64,000 bases of DNA from an uncultured Methanosarcinales archaeon (GCA_964589485.1 CAZPRK010000001.1:184401-248400); one strand, 5' to 3'. Counted from the stretch's first letter, positions 26,962-38,639 are shown. Program-made: numbers and translations. The notes: a model not told the origin generated them from the sequence alone.

Positions 26962-29572
26962 CTAAAGCAAAACCGGAAATTCTATTTGAAGCTCCTCCCT
27001 CAAATAAATAACTATAAGGGTCATTAAAATTAGAATTTGCATAATACCCTACGTCGTCACTATATGAATCTACAGTTACTGTTCCACTATATCCTGTCAT
27101 TATATTATGAGAAGATATGTTCATTATTGTAGTTTGAGAGCTATCAACTGTTCCATCAGTTGTAGTAATTCCCATATCCAAGCATGCATCACATTCATCT
27201 GATACTATAACTGTTGGCATAGCTTCATCTTCAAATGCATCTCTTGGTGCATCAGCAGCATTATCAAAACCATAATCTTGAGCTAAGTAATATCCACCTG
27301 CGACCATTACGTCAAACGCCGTAGTATTCAATGTAGCATCGCTCCATGTATTATATTTTTTTTTTGTTATATTAAACCCTTCATCTGATAAAAAACCACG
27401 TAAGTCATCTGAATATGTACAACTAGTATCGTAACATACAAACGCCATTTTAATATCGCTTTCATTTCCATAAAAAGCTGATAAACTGATGTTAACTAAT
27501 CCACAGTTTGCCCTATTACAACTTAGATTTATTGTAACGTTAAATAAAGAATTTTTACTTACATTAATTGCAGTATTTGGATATATGAAACTTATTCCAA
27601 CTTTTCCTACTAATGTAACGTTTACTCTCATTATTTTTGAATTAGTATTCCCTAAAGTATCATTTACAGTTAGGTTTATCCACCTTTGACCAACTGATAA
27701 ATTAGTGTTGTTTGATAAATAACCTGAACAGTTGATTGCAAAATTAGTTGTATCATTTATTGAATAACAACTTACTGCAACATCGTCTGTTGCATTAATG
27801 TCATAACCGAATGTTCTTTTTTCTCCTATTGATTTATTTGTTAAATTAAATGAAGGAGCTGTTAAATCAATTCTAAATATTATATTATTAGAACCTACGT
27901 TTCCTAATGTATCATTTGCCCATATTGTCACATTATGTTGTCCTTCACTCCAAATTATTGATGTTAAATTAGTACAACCGGCTAACGATGTGTTTGTTGT
28001 CATAGTATCGTTACTATACCAACATGAATCTAAATTATCATCTGATGCAAGGTAAGTTACGTTTAATTCAATGTTTGTTGTATTAAAATTATCAATAGGG
28101 CTTAAGATAGATATGGAAGGTGAAGTTTGATCTGGAGTAATAGTTCTGTTAACTGACCAATCTGAATTATTTTGTGAGTCAAAACTTAAACATCCCCATG
28201 TGTAAGTTCCTTCTGAAAGTTCTAAAGTCCAACCAGAAGAGTTGCTTATTCCAGATATATTTGATGTTCGGTTTAATGTAAAATTAGCATTATTATTATC
28301 GGTTATGTATAAACTAATGTTCGTTAAACCTTCTGTTGCATAACTTGTACAATTAAAACTAATATTTTCTCCTAAAGAGCTTATTTCGTAGCCATTGACT
28401 GGAGATAATAAAGCTGTTACTGGCAGAGTTGCACTTAGCTGATAAAAAGTATTACCTGATGCAAAATAAATATTTCCGTCTACTATTACAGGAGTGTCAG
28501 CGCTAGATACTGTATAATTGGAAATTTGTTTACTGATATTATTAGCATCTAATTGAAATAGTGTAGAAGTTCCACCAACTAATAGATAATCGTCAGTTAC
28601 AGTTACTCCTTCGGCAGTTGAACCAGTACTATAGTTTGCTATTTGCTGAGAAACATTCGACGCATTTAATTGATAAGTATATCCATCATTACTTACTATA
28701 TAAGCATAACCATTAGCTACTGCTGGGGTTGTATCAAAATCTCCTCCTGCGGTATAAGTTGCTATTACTTGCGATACGTTGGAAGCATTTAATTGATAAA
28801 ATATATCGTTATCATTACCAAAGTAAAGAAAACCGTTAGCAATAGCTAAACTACTCCCTGTATCATAACCACCACCGTATGAATGTTGGGTAATCATTTG
28901 TGAGACGTTAGTTGCGTTCAATTGTACCACCGTACTTGATCCACAAATGTGATAATAATAACCATTAGCAATTCTTGGTCCACCATCGCAATTACTTATA
29001 GAATATCTTTCAAACCATTGAGTTACATTACTAGCATTGGCTTGATATATATAATTTCCACCAGTACTATGCCAATCAGTGAAATACACGTATTCTTCAT
29101 AAACTATTGGTGAACTATAATGTTGGCCATTTGAATTAGAATTTGTGGCGATTATTTGGCTAATGTTTGAAATATTTCTTTGGTTAATTTGTCCATTTTC
29201 ATGACCTGTATAAATAAAAGTATTCCAAATAGGAGCAATAGGAATTTGATATACATTAGAAGATGACGCTACTTGTATTTCCTGACTAATATTACTGGCA
29301 TTTAATTTTGCAATTTTTGATCTTAATGCTAACCCATAAAACTCTCCATTAACAATAATTGGATCTCCTGCACTGCCTCCAGCAGCATAAGTATTTGCAG
29401 TTAATTGAGAAATATCTCCGGGGATTGGCCCAGGATAATAATGTGTTCCGTTAAGTGTTCTACCATCCATTCTCCATTCTGATGTGTTTTGAGATTCAGA
29501 TGATGATGCTAATACGACTATAGGTAAAGCTAGGAACACTAATAAGAATAAAGTAAATTTTCCTCTCACCAT
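26894..29572 (-). CDS. giant surface protein, N-terminal portion: signal peptide, repeat-built (beta-propeller/PQQ-like) region, then the same Ig-like modules as the downstream ORF
   Basis: Signal peptide MVRGKFTLFLLVFLALPIVVLASS. About 7 repeats of roughly 40 aa are punctuated by LNASN(V/I)SQ.I (about 28433-29455). One CWYSNDTMTTNTSLAGCTNLTSIIWSEGQHNVTIWAND module lies at 27851-28126. A second module type (NISLYIT..GTYTWGCLSFD) is shared with the 1335-aa ORF. Confidence 0.8.
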   Translation of the reverse strand: MVRGKFTLFLLVFLALPIVVLASSSESQNTSEWRMDGRTLNGTHYYPGPIPGDISQLTANTYAAGGSAGDPIIVNGEFYGLALRSKIAKLNASNISQEIQVASSSNVYQIPIAPIWNTFIYTGHENGQINQRNISNISQIIATNSNSNGQHYSSPIVYEEYVYFTDWHSTGGNYIYQANASNVTQWFERYSISNCDGGPRIANGYYYHICGSSTVVQLNATNVSQMITQHSYGGGYDTGSSLAIANGFLYFGNDNDIFYQLNASNVSQVIATYTAGGDFDTTPAVANGYAYIVSNDGYTYQLNASNVSQQIANYSTGSTAEGVTVTDDYLLVGGTSTLFQLDANNISKQISNYTVSSADTPVIVDGNIYFASGNTFYQLSATLPVTALLSPVNGYEISSLGENISFNCTSYATEGLTNISLYITDNNNANFTLNRTSNISGISNSSGWTLELSEGTYTWGCLSFDSQNNSDWSVNRTITPDQTSPSISILSPIDNFNTTNIELNVTYLASDDNLDSCWYSNDTMTTNTSLAGCTNLTSIIWSEGQHNVTIWANDTLGNVGSNNIIFRIDLTAPSFNLTNKSIGEKRTFGYDINATDDVAVSCYSINDTTNFAINCSGYLSNNTNLSVGQRWINLTVNDTLGNTNSKIMRVNVTLVGKVGISFIYPNTAINVSKNSLFNVTINLSCNRANCGLVNISLSAFYGNESDIKMAFVCYDTSCTYSDDLRGFLSDEGFNITKKKYNTWSDATLNTTAFDVMVAGGYYLAQDYGFDNAADAPRDAFEDEAMPTVIVSDECDACLDMGITTTDGTVDSSQTTIMNISSHNIMTGYSGTVTVDSYSDDVGYYANSNFNDPYSYLFEGGASNRISGFALDAGQATTGTNPGKFVWLGMGYF
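27851..28126 (-). repeat. fifth, more diverged copy of the two-Cys module cassette
   Basis: Encodes TSPSISILSPIDNFNTTNIELNVTYLASDDNLDSCWYSNDTMTTNTSLAGCTNLTSIIWSEGQHNVTIWANDTLGNVGSNNIIFRIDLTAPS. Confidence 0.7.
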
Positions 29573-29610
29573 CTTTTATATAAATATATTTAATATATAA
29601 TATATAAATT

Positions 29611-30621
29611 TTATCTTCTTATAAACTTGATTGCATATAATTTATCTTTGCCTGAGAAAATTTCTCTTTTTTCCATAACTTTAAATTTTTCAGCTTTATC
29701 TATTAAAAATTCAGGATTATGTAACAATGCCACTATAATTCCTTTTTTACTAAGAATAAAATCCACTTGATAAAAAAATTCTTTGTATAATTTTTCAATT
29801 TCTTTCTTGTCTGTTCTTTTACTTACTTCTGGAAATTGACTACAAATAATATCTATTTCATTTTCTTCTAATTTAGTATCTAGCCATTCAACATCAACTT
29901 TACTTGTTTTAAAGAATTTTTCTATTCCTGCAATTTTAGCATTTTTTTTAGTTTTTTCAACATTTGCTAAAAGTGAATCAAATGCATATATTTTATTATT
30001 TTCTTTCAATTTATTATTTTCATAAGTTAATCCTAATTTATCTTTATCGTAATGTCTAACTGATTTACCCACTGAATATGAAGTAGTTTCAATTGCAATA
30101 ACTCCATTCCCTGAAAAACAATCTAAAAATGTTTTTTGTTTATTATAATCAGCAAACCTAATCAAAGAATAAGCTAATGGTCCTTTTAATGATCTTGGGG
30201 TGCTATAAATTTTATAACTTCTTTTACTAATATCTCCATAATAATCAAAACCTAAATACTTTTTATTTTTTGTAATATAAACAATAACAGTAACTTCTGG
30301 TTCCTCTAAATCAACTTTTCCTTCTATTATTTTTCCTACTTTATTTTCAATTTCTAATGAACTTTCTTCAGAATTTCTTTTGATACATCTTACTGCAAAT
30401 TTTTTATTAACTTTTATGTTATTTAATTTATCTAAGTCAATTTCTTTTACATCAACTAAAATTCGATGTGAGCTTTGAGTATAATATACAATTTTTTCAA
30501 TATCTTTTGTTTCAAACTCAATACAAGAATCAAGAATTTTTATATTACTCCCATTTAATTCAGATATTTCTTTTCCGCATATATCTTCAAAACCAGGAGT
30601 ACAAATTGCCAAACATTTCAT
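29611..30621 (-). CDS. THUMP-domain class I methyltransferase-like protein (Trm14/RlmL-like), motif IV degenerate
   Basis: The N-terminal [19 protein letters not shown].. resembles THUMP-containing COG0116 proteins. The SAM motif I-like segment is [14 protein letters not shown]. The position of the (D/N)PPY motif reads CSQFPE, so activity or substrate is uncertain. Confidence 0.55.
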   Translation of the reverse strand: MKCLAICTPGFEDICGKEISELNGSNIKILDSCIEFETKDIEKIVYYTQSSHRILVDVKEIDLDKLNNIKVNKKFAVRCIKRNSEESSLEIENKVGKIIEGKVDLEEPEVTVIVYITKNKKYLGFDYYGDISKRSYKIYSTPRSLKGPLAYSLIRFADYNKQKTFLDCFSGNGVIAIETTSYSVGKSVRHYDKDKLGLTYENNKLKENNKIYAFDSLLANVEKTKKNAKIAGIEKFFKTSKVDVEWLDTKLEENEIDIICSQFPEVSKRTDKKEIEKLYKEFFYQVDFILSKKGIIVALLHNPEFLIDKAEKFKVMEKREIFSGKDKLYAIKFIRR

Positions 30622-33197
30622 TCTTCAACTTCATCTCTTAATTCAATATCTCCCAGATCTTCTTTTTCTTCTTCTGATAGTTTATTGTCTATTTCTTCTT
30701 TTTCTATGTCTGTATCTGTCGGATCTCGATCTTCATTGATAATTTTAGCAGCACTAACAACATAATCATCTGAACTTAATTTCATTATTCTAACTCCTTG
30801 TGTGTTTCTTCCTATTGTAGAAATTCCAGAAACAGGAGTTCTTATTATGATTCCTTTTATGCTAATAAACATAACATCATTATCTGGGTAAATACTTTTT
30901 ATTGCCACAACCTTTCCATTTCTTTCGGTTGTTCTTATATTAATTACACCGCTTCCTCCTCTATTGATTAATCTGTATTCTGGAAGTGGTGTTTGTTTTC
31001 CGTAACCATTTTCTGTTATTGTTAATAAATTCTTTTTTTCTGTAGCAATTTCCATTCCTATTACTTCATCATCTTTTTTTAGTTTAATTCCGCGAACCCC
31101 TCTTCCTACTCTTCCAATAGCTCGGACATCTTTTTCTCTGAACTTAATTGCCATTCCGTTTTTAGTTCCTAATATTATTTCCCTTTCTCCATCCGTAAGT
31201 TCAACGTTAATTAAATGGTCTTTTTCATCTAAAGTTATTGCTCTTATTCCACCTTTTCTTGGTTTTGCGAATGCTCTTAAATTTACTTTTTTTACAACTC
31301 CTTGTTTAGTTGCCATAATTAAATTATGTTTAGAATCGAATTGTTTAATTTTTACAACTGTTGTTACTTTTTCATTTTCATCTAATTCAATTAAGTTAAT
31401 CATTGCTTTACCTTTTGATTGTCTGCTTGCTTCTGGCAATTGATATACTTTAAGCCAATGTACTTTTCCTGAACTAGTAAATAATAATATATAATCATGA
31501 GTTGATGAAACAAATAAATTTTCAACAAAATCTTCTTCTTTTGTTCCTGTTGCAATTATTCCTTTTCCACCTCTCTTTTGCTGTTTGTAAATGTTTAAAG
31601 GTGTTCTTTTAATATAACCTGCGTGTGTTACTGTAACTACCATTTCTTCTTCTTTAATTAAATCTTCATATTCAATATCTTCATCTTCGAGTTCAGATAA
31701 AACTGTTTTTCTATCATCGCTATATTTTTCTTTTACTTCATTTAATTCCTTTTTTATAATTCTTAGGATTATTTGTTCATCTGCAAGAATTTCTTTAAGT
31801 TCAGCAATAAGTTCTATTATTTCTGCATGTTCTTCTTTTATTTTATTTTGTTCAAGGTTGGTTAGTTTTTGAAGTTTCATGTCTAATATTGCTTGAGATT
31901 GTATTTTACTTAATTCAAACCTTTCTTCCAATAATCCTAATGCAACTTCACCTGACTTAGATGCTTTAATTAATTTAATTATTTCATCAATGTTATCTAA
32001 TGCTACAATTAAACCTTCTAATATGTGGCACTTTTTTTCAGCTTTATCTAATTCAAATTCTGTTCTTCTACGAATTATAATTCTTCTATGTATTATATAT
32101 TTTTCAAGAATTTGTTTTAATGTTAAAACTTTAGGTTCATTATTATCTAATGCAAGAAGAATTATTCCAAATGTTGTTTGCATACTTGTTAATTTAAATA
32201 ATTGATTTTCAATAACTTGATTATTTGCATCTTTTTTTAATTCTATAACTATTCTCATTCCATCTCTATCACTTTCATCTCTTAAATCATGAATTCCTGT
32301 GATTTTTTTTTCTCTTACTGAATCAGCAATTTGATTTATTAAATTAGTTTTATTAACCATATAAGGGATTTCGGTTACAATTATTGCTTGCCTATTATTT
32401 ACTGTTTCAATTGATGTTTTACCTTTAACTCTTACTTTTCCTCTGCCGTATTTATACGCTTGTTTTATACCTTGTTTACCGCAAATAATTCCGCCTGTTG
32501 GAAAATCTGGTCCTTTAACATGTTCAATAAGTTCTTCAAATTCTATTTCAGGGTTATCTATTATAGCAATTGTTCCATCGATTATTTCACATACATTATG
32601 TGGGGGAATGTTGGTAGCCATACCAACTGCGATTCCCGCACTTCCATTAATTAATAAATTAGGAAGTTTAGATGGTAAAACAGATGGTTCTTTTAATGAT
32701 CCATCAAAATTTGGTTTAAAATCAATTGTGTTTTTATCAATGTCTGTTAACATTTCATCAGATATACGTTTAAGCCTAGCTTCAGTATACCTCATTGCTG
32801 CAGGGTTATCTCCGTCAATACTACCAAAATTACCTTGCCCATCTATTAATGGATATCTTAAAGAGAAGTCTTGAGCCATTCTAACCATTGTATCATAAAC
32901 TGCAGTATCTCCATGCGGGTGGTACTTACCTAAAACTTCACCAACAATTCTTGCTGATTTTTTAAATGGTTTATTGTATTGCATGCCCATATCATTCATA
33001 GCGAATAAAATTCTTCTATGAACAGGTTTAAGGCCATCTCTTACGTCAGGGAGCGCTCTTGAAACTATTACTGACATCGCATAGTTCAGAAAATTACTTC
33101 TCATTTCGTCTTCTATAACTTGTTTAGATATAGACTCGATTGGAAGGTCGTTTTTGTTCTTCTGTAACTCTATTTTTTCTTCTTCTTGTGGATCCAT
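30618..33197 (-). CDS. gyrA: DNA gyrase subunit A
   Basis: [29 protein letters not shown]; [20 protein letters not shown]; active-site region [10 protein letters not shown]; C-terminal beta-pinwheel repeats. Confidence 0.95.
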   Translation of the reverse strand: MDPQEEEKIELQKNKNDLPIESISKQVIEDEMRSNFLNYAMSVIVSRALPDVRDGLKPVHRRILFAMNDMGMQYNKPFKKSARIVGEVLGKYHPHGDTAVYDTMVRMAQDFSLRYPLIDGQGNFGSIDGDNPAAMRYTEARLKRISDEMLTDIDKNTIDFKPNFDGSLKEPSVLPSKLPNLLINGSAGIAVGMATNIPPHNVCEIIDGTIAIIDNPEIEFEELIEHVKGPDFPTGGIICGKQGIKQAYKYGRGKVRVKGKTSIETVNNRQAIIVTEIPYMVNKTNLINQIADSVREKKITGIHDLRDESDRDGMRIVIELKKDANNQVIENQLFKLTSMQTTFGIILLALDNNEPKVLTLKQILEKYIIHRRIIIRRRTEFELDKAEKKCHILEGLIVALDNIDEIIKLIKASKSGEVALGLLEERFELSKIQSQAILDMKLQKLTNLEQNKIKEEHAEIIELIAELKEILADEQIILRIIKKELNEVKEKYSDDRKTVLSELEDEDIEYEDLIKEEEMVVTVTHAGYIKRTPLNIYKQQKRGGKGIIATGTKEEDFVENLFVSSTHDYILLFTSSGKVHWLKVYQLPEASRQSKGKAMINLIELDENEKVTTVVKIKQFDSKHNLIMATKQGVVKKVNLRAFAKPRKGGIRAITLDEKDHLINVELTDGEREIILGTKNGMAIKFREKDVRAIGRVGRGVRGIKLKKDDEVIGMEIATEKKNLLTITENGYGKQTPLPEYRLINRGGSGVINIRTTERNGKVVAIKSIYPDNDVMFISIKGIIIRTPVSGISTIGRNTQGVRIMKLSSDDYVVSAAKIINEDRDPTDTDIEKEEIDNKLSEEEKEDLGDIELRDEVEE

Positions 33198-33278
33198 TTT
33201 TATATCTTAGTTTTGCTTTATTTCGTCGTGTTTAGTCTATTTAAAGAAAATTCTTTGACCTTTTAAAATTAACCTTTT

Positions 33279-33422
33279 TTAATCAATTTTTTTGATAATA
33301 TTTTCTCTAATTTTGAAGGTTTTATTACAATAAACGCACTTTTTTTTCTTGTTATTAAGAATCGTATCTCTTGTGTGATATTTCATATTATTTTTACAAT
33401 TATTACATCTTGTTAGAAACAT
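33279..33422 (-). CDS. 47-aa zinc-ribbon peptide (absent from the ORF track), start shares one base with the scpB stop (TGATG)
   Basis: My translation is MFLTRCNNCKNNMKYHTRDTILNNKKKKCVYCNKTFKIRENIIKKID, with a CxxC...CxxC arrangement. The coupled start suggests real translation. Confidence 0.5.
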   Translation of the reverse strand: MFLTRCNNCKNNMKYHTRDTILNNKKKKCVYCNKTFKIRENIIKKID

Positions 33423-34336
33423 CATTTTTTAGGGTGTATAATTCTTTCAACTGCTTCATCTACAGCTTTTTCGTCAACTTTTAGATTACTTTTTGGTATT
33501 TCATTATCTTGAGTTATTGGTTCATCCTTACTTTCTTCAATTTTATTTGAACTTTCTATTTCTTTATTGTTTTCTGTTACTTCAACAACTTCTAATTCTT
33601 TATTTTCATTAACTGGCTTATCTTTACTTTCATAATTTTCAAGTTCTACTTTTTGACCAGTATTTTCATCTTCAATAACAACATGTTTTTCTTCAATTTC
33701 TAACCCTTGTTCAAGTTGCGCTTGTTCTTTTTTTTCTTTTTTAAGTTGTTCCATTATGATTTTTTCTTTTTTTCTAATTTCTTGACTTAATTTTTCTGCA
33801 GAAATAATATCGTTTTCAGCTTGTTCTAATTTTGCTTGAAACTGTTCGGGCAATAATTCTTGAAAAACATTTTTAGCTTTATCTTTAGGTAAGTCAAAAT
33901 ATTGAAAGAATTTTTCAGTTAACCTTATTGTTCTTGTTCTGCCATGTTTTGATCTATTAATAAAACCTCTTTCTTCTAATTCAGTTAAATGATCATATGC
34001 TTTGTTGGTTCTTATGTGGATAACATCATTTTGAAGAATTGGATACTTCCATGCTATCACAGCTAAGGTTTCCATTACTGATTTGGTTAATTCTGTTTCA
34101 ACTCCTAAATTTTGTATTACTGGAACAAACTTTTCATCTACACTAAGTTTCCAGAATTCATTATCTTGCACTAACTTTATACTTCCTTTTCTTTCTTCAT
34201 AATTTTTTTGAAGTTCTTTAAGTGCCGCATTGGCAGAATCTAAATCAATTTTGCAAATTTTAATTATTTCGTCAATATGAACTTTTTTACCTATTGCAAA
34301 TAGAACTGCTTCAATGTTATGTTTAATTTCATCCAC
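33422..34336 (-). CDS. scpB: segregation and condensation protein B (ScpB)-like with a long acidic C-terminal extension
   Basis: N-terminal IEAVLFAIGKKVHIDEI (ScpB lEAlLFasg.pl...l signature). Tandem winged-helix-sized region including RGFINRSKHGRTRTIRLT. Confidence 0.65.
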   Translation of the reverse strand: MDEIKHNIEAVLFAIGKKVHIDEIIKICKIDLDSANAALKELQKNYEERKGSIKLVQDNEFWKLSVDEKFVPVIQNLGVETELTKSVMETLAVIAWKYPILQNDVIHIRTNKAYDHLTELEERGFINRSKHGRTRTIRLTEKFFQYFDLPKDKAKNVFQELLPEQFQAKLEQAENDIISAEKLSQEIRKKEKIIMEQLKKEKKEQAQLEQGLEIEEKHVVIEDENTGQKVELENYESKDKPVNENKELEVVEVTENNKEIESSNKIEESKDEPITQDNEIPKSNLKVDEKAVDEAVERIIHPKK

Positions 34337-34901
34337 TCTTGGTCACCAACACATATTTATCATCTTCTTCCTTAATTCTATTCTCATTAATTAATTCATC
34401 TATAAATGTGTCGATTTCTTCTACTTTTGTTCCTGTTCCCTTTGCTAATTGTTCTTTACTTAATTTTTTACCTATAAGAATTACTAGTATTAAATTTTTA
34501 ATTAAAATCTTTATGTTATTTTTTAAAAAATTATTTTCACTATTAAATTGTTTAGTCACCATGTCTATTGAATGTAATTTTCCTTGTAGATCGTTCATTA
34601 TATTGTTAAGTTGTGCGGCCGTAAGTTTTAGTTCTGATGGTTCAACTATATCTATACTTGCAGGCATATAATCAAAGCAAAATCCAGTTAAATATTCTAA
34701 TTTTTCAGTTTCTAATTCTATTTCAACAAATGTGCTAAAAAAATCATCATCTTGTTCTTGTACATCTGCAAATTCTTCAGAAATTACTTTATAATTTTCT
34801 TTTTTTTTGATGTCTTCTACATATTGTTTAATGGTTTCTTCTACATGTTTTTTTGGTTTTCCTAGTACTTCCATTATTATTTTTGCTTTTATTTTAGACA
34901 T
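34329..34901 (-). CDS. hypothetical protein with C-terminal winged-helix-like region
   Basis: 190-aa ORF overlapping scpB by 8 nt. The C-terminal KLSKEQLAKGTGTKVEEIDTFIDELINENRIKEEDDKYVLV looks like a wHTH. I could not support kleisin (ScpA) homology. Confidence 0.5.
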   Translation of the reverse strand: MSKIKAKIIMEVLGKPKKHVEETIKQYVEDIKKKENYKVISEEFADVQEQDDDFFSTFVEIELETEKLEYLTGFCFDYMPASIDIVEPSELKLTAAQLNNIMNDLQGKLHSIDMVTKQFNSENNFLKNNIKILIKNLILVILIGKKLSKEQLAKGTGTKVEEIDTFIDELINENRIKEEDDKYVLVTKSG

Positions 34902-34946
34902 TTTCTTTAGAATTGGGTATTATCTTTTATAACTTGTGTTTTTTTT

Positions 34947-37900
34947 TTATTTTTTTGGTAATCCTATTATTAATGCTACGCATAGAGTAAGCATAGTAAA
35001 AAACATAATATTTGGTATGTATTTTATTGATTTTTTTGAATTTGATTCGTATATAGTTTCAAAATTTGATTCTTTTTTGTATTCAAGTGCGGTATTTATT
35101 TTGTTTATTTGATTTTGTAAAAATTGACTTTCTATAGTATTTTGGTTATTTGTGTTTATTTTAAGTTCTTTTATATCAATTATTCTATTTTTATCTTTTA
35201 AAATTAAGAAAAATATATTTTCACCAGAAAATAAACGTGCATTTATTTTAATATTTTTTTTAATATCGATTTTTTTACTTTGTAAGAATGATTTAAATTC
35301 CAAATCTAAATTTTCTTTTGCATTTATTTCTGCTAATAGTATAATTGAATCTTTATCTATTTCACTTGTTTTAAACTTTATTATTTTATCTTTATTTTCA
35401 ATAATTTTTATTTTTCTAGTAAGTTCTTTTGGAGTTTTTTGGTTGTCAATATATATTTTAACTTTAATATTATATTCTCCTGGTTTCATTTCGGAGATTA
35501 ATTCAGTATTTAGACCTATTGTAATTGATTTTTTATTATCTAAACTTATTTTTTGAATATTATGTTCTCTTGTAGGGGAATATGCTTTACTTCCTCGATA
35601 AACATATGAATATAATTCTATTTCTTTATCTTCTTTTCCATTATTGGTTAATTTCACATCAATTAAAAAATTTGTTCCTAGCTCAATTTCAGAGGGAATG
35701 TTTTCAATATAATATTCAAAATCTTTTTTTTCTAATTCTTTTTCAATTTCTACGTACTCTACATCACATAAATTTGAATCACCTTGAACTATGATATTTT
35801 TTGTCAAATTTGTTCCTATTCCTTCGATATTTATTTTATAAATTCCATCTTTTAATGCATTATTACAATTAGGTTTTAATTGGATTGGGATTGTTAAGTC
35901 ATAATCTAAATTTTTTGTTTCTAAGTTAAATGAAGTATCTTCTTGAGTTGCTTTATTTCCTTCTTCATCTTTTATTTCTATGGATATTGATTTTTTATTT
36001 GTATTGTTTTTGAAGATTTTTAATCTGATTTTAAAGATATTACCCCATTCTGATTCATTGTTTGTTAAGTGTATTTTGTGAATGTTAATTTGAGAATTCA
36101 CAGAGCTACTAATTGGAATAAATTCTTCTCCTTTTATTAAGATGTATTGGCTATCTGAATTATCATTTATATTTGAATCATTACAAGCTAAGAAAGATAA
36201 TCTTGAATGTATTACATATATTCTATCTTCTTCATCTATAGATTTGGTAAAAGATTTTTTATTTGTATTTGATGTATTTACTTTATTTTTGATTATGTTA
36301 TTAAATAAATCCTCAATCCAATATTCTATTAAATATGGAAAACTTTCATTATTTAATTCATTATAAAATTTAATACTTTGACTACTTGTTTCTACTTTGT
36401 TTTCTTTTGCTATATTTAGCGAAATATTACACGGAGTAGAAGATGTGTCTATTACTGTAATATTTTCGCAAAAATTTTGCTCTTCTATGTTTGCACATAA
36501 AAAATGTATACCTTCTTTTAATGGTAACCAATCGATACTTTTTTTTGATTTTTTTATTTTTAATTCTGAAGTATTTTTTTCTATAAGCGATGAATTTTTG
36601 GTTATATTGTAATTAATAGTTACATTACTTTCTTTATTACATGGCTTATAATTTTGATTTTCAATTTTAAATATATTTTTGTAAGGAAACTGCATTATTG
36701 CTTTTGTTTGATCGCATTTATTGTTTAGGCATAAAGTTATGCTAAAATTAGCATTTTCTTCTGTACAATAATAGTTTATTTCATATTCTGCAAAATTATT
36801 ATTTTTGTTGGTATCATTAATTCCGATATATGATAAATTAGCTTTAATTATTATTGATGTTTCTGAACTATTAGTGTTGGGCCTATATGATTTTTCATTT
36901 ATGTTTAATGTGGTTACTTTTTTTCTCAAAATTGTTCCAAATTCATTTTCAAACCAATAATCTATTTTGAATGGGTATGATGTATCTGAAATAAAGGGTT
37001 GAAATTTGATTGAATCTGGGTATTCGTATTCATTATATTCTGGAATAATTTCTAATGAAATATCTTCTTCAATTTTTTCAGTTTCTATAACTTCGAATTC
37101 TTGGCAATCTAAGGTAAATGGTTTTGATTTAATTTGTCCACATAGTTTGTACATTCCGTTCGTTAATTCAAGTGTTCCAGTATTTGAGGTCTTGCTACAT
37201 CCTATTTCAACTGTAAAGTTTTTATTTATTATTGTTGAATTATCTTCTGTAACGTTAAATAAAACTGTTACATTTTCTTTTATTCTACAATCCTTTTCTT
37301 TAATTTTTATTTGAAATAGATTCTTATATTCTGTGTTTTCAAATAAGAATTCATTTATTTTTGTTTTTAAGCTATGTCTTTCTTTTGGTTTTTTCTGATT
37401 TGCTTCGCCTGGAGTTGGTTCTGCTTCTTTCCATGTTTTATTTATTAATTGTAATGATTTTCCATTACCATCTCCGCCCATTGATGAATTGTAAATAAAA
37501 ATATCTTCTAAGTCACACCAAGTTGCTATATCATCGCATGAATCAAAGTCATAGTCCCAAATACAATTTTCTTGATCATCGCAATCAATATCGTTTTCGA
37601 ATTCTGAACATTCTATTTCTACTTCTTCTGATTCTCCGCACCACCATAATTCTATAAAATCTTCGCTATTTTTTAAGTTGTTACCTATTTTATCGCATAG
37701 TAAAAAACCATTTTTATCAAATTTCGGAACTCCGAAATCATCTAAGTTTATTGGATTAAAAATAAGATCTTTATTTGTGATTGAATCGTACAAAATGGAA
37801 TTACAAGGTGAAATTAAGATGTATGTTGCATTTGTGCCGTTGTCATACCCTCTTAGTTTTTGTTTATATTTATCATCGGAAATAAACCAATGATCATCAT

Positions 37901-38051
37901 ATTCTATCCAAATATTTGTTGGATTATATAGTTCGATGTATTCTTTACCGCTATCGCTTCCTTTTGGGTTGTACATAATTTCATTTACTTGTATTGCGGT
38001 TACTAAATTGATATTAATTATTATTAATAAAACTAATACTTTTTTATTCAT
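34947..38051 (-). CDS. large secreted, C-terminally anchored protein with an N-terminal lamin-tail domain (LTD)
   Basis: Signal/TM segment KKVLVLLIIININLVTA. LTD signature VNEIMYNPKGSDSGKEYIELYNP. Cys-rich acidic segment. C-terminal TM segment IMFFTMLTLCVALIIGL. Confidence 0.75.
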   Translation of the reverse strand: MNKKVLVLLIIININLVTAIQVNEIMYNPKGSDSGKEYIELYNPTNIWIEYDDHWFISDDKYKQKLRGYDNGTNATYILISPCNSILYDSITNKDLIFNPINLDDFGVPKFDKNGFLLCDKIGNNLKNSEDFIELWWCGESEEVEIECSEFENDIDCDDQENCIWDYDFDSCDDIATWCDLEDIFIYNSSMGGDGNGKSLQLINKTWKEAEPTPGEANQKKPKERHSLKTKINEFLFENTEYKNLFQIKIKEKDCRIKENVTVLFNVTEDNSTIINKNFTVEIGCSKTSNTGTLELTNGMYKLCGQIKSKPFTLDCQEFEVIETEKIEEDISLEIIPEYNEYEYPDSIKFQPFISDTSYPFKIDYWFENEFGTILRKKVTTLNINEKSYRPNTNSSETSIIIKANLSYIGINDTNKNNNFAEYEINYYCTEENANFSITLCLNNKCDQTKAIMQFPYKNIFKIENQNYKPCNKESNVTINYNITKNSSLIEKNTSELKIKKSKKSIDWLPLKEGIHFLCANIEEQNFCENITVIDTSSTPCNISLNIAKENKVETSSQSIKFYNELNNESFPYLIEYWIEDLFNNIIKNKVNTSNTNKKSFTKSIDEEDRIYVIHSRLSFLACNDSNINDNSDSQYILIKGEEFIPISSSVNSQINIHKIHLTNNESEWGNIFKIRLKIFKNNTNKKSISIEIKDEEGNKATQEDTSFNLETKNLDYDLTIPIQLKPNCNNALKDGIYKINIEGIGTNLTKNIIVQGDSNLCDVEYVEIEKELEKKDFEYYIENIPSEIELGTNFLIDVKLTNNGKEDKEIELYSYVYRGSKAYSPTREHNIQKISLDNKKSITIGLNTELISEMKPGEYNIKVKIYIDNQKTPKELTRKIKIIENKDKIIKFKTSEIDKDSIILLAEINAKENLDLEFKSFLQSKKIDIKKNIKINARLFSGENIFFLILKDKNRIIDIKELKINTNNQNTIESQFLQNQINKINTALEYKKESNFETIYESNSKKSIKYIPNIMFFTMLTLCVALIIGLPKK

Positions 38052-38189
38052 ATTTATGGGTATTTTTTTAGTCTTCTAAATGATTAGTTACTTCTTAATA
38101 ATGTTTTTCAAAATACTCTACTTCTTAGTGACTAGAAATGTTTTAATATTGCTTGTGTTTAAATGGCTATTGAGGAGGTGTGTTACATT

Positions 38190-38639
38190 ATGGGATTTTT
38201 AAATTTTTTAAAGAGAAATAAGAGTGATACTAATTTTAAGTTTCCTACTAAAGAGGAATTAGATATTCCTGTTGCTCCTGATTTTAAACATGAAGCTAAT
38301 CAAGAAGCTCCTGTGTTTCCTAGTTTTGATGAAGATGAAGCTCCTGTTACTTCAGAGGACTTTCATGAAGAAGAACCTTCATTTGAAGAAGAAGATGTGG
38401 AATTGCCAATTGAAAGGGAAACTGGAAAAAAACCACTTTTTGTAAAATCAAGTTATTTTAAAGCAGCAATAGATGATTTAACAATGGCTAGAAATACTTT
38501 AAATGAAGCTGACAAAATAGTTAATAGAATACAAGATTTTGATTCAGATCAGGATAAAGAGTTTGAAAAATGGAAAGGCCAGATTTTTGAAATTCAGCGA
38601 AAATTAGTTTATGCTGATAAAATGTTATTCGATAGGTGA
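38190..38639 (+). CDS. coiled-coil hypothetical protein (paralog of 38645..38884)
   Basis: I prefer the ATG at 38190 (MGFLNFLKRNK), which lies 9 nt after the SD-like GGAGGTG (38174-38180). The C-terminal block PLFVKSSYFKAAIDDLTMARNTLNEADKIVNRIQDF..DKEFEKWKGQIFEIQRKLVYADKMLF aligns with the next ORF. Confidence 0.6.
   Translation: MGFLNFLKRNKSDTNFKFPTKEELDIPVAPDFKHEANQEAPVFPSFDEDEAPVTSEDFHEEEPSFEEEDVELPIERETGKKPLFVKSSYFKAAIDDLTMARNTLNEADKIVNRIQDFDSDQDKEFEKWKGQIFEIQRKLVYADKMLFDR

Noticed and set aside
24295-28126. Regularly recurring near-identical sequence blocks, which could be mistaken for a CRISPR-like or tandem non-coding repeat array.
   Set aside because: The repeats are about 270-bp in-frame coding modules of one surface protein. 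They have no short repeat-spacer periodicity, and there are no cas genes in the window.
38052-38189. The strand switch from a long minus-strand gene string to a plus-strand string, considered as a possible replication origin.
   Set aside because: The gap is only about 140 nt. It has no repeated ORB-like elements that I can see and no adjacent orc1/cdc6. It looks like an ordinary divergent promoter region.
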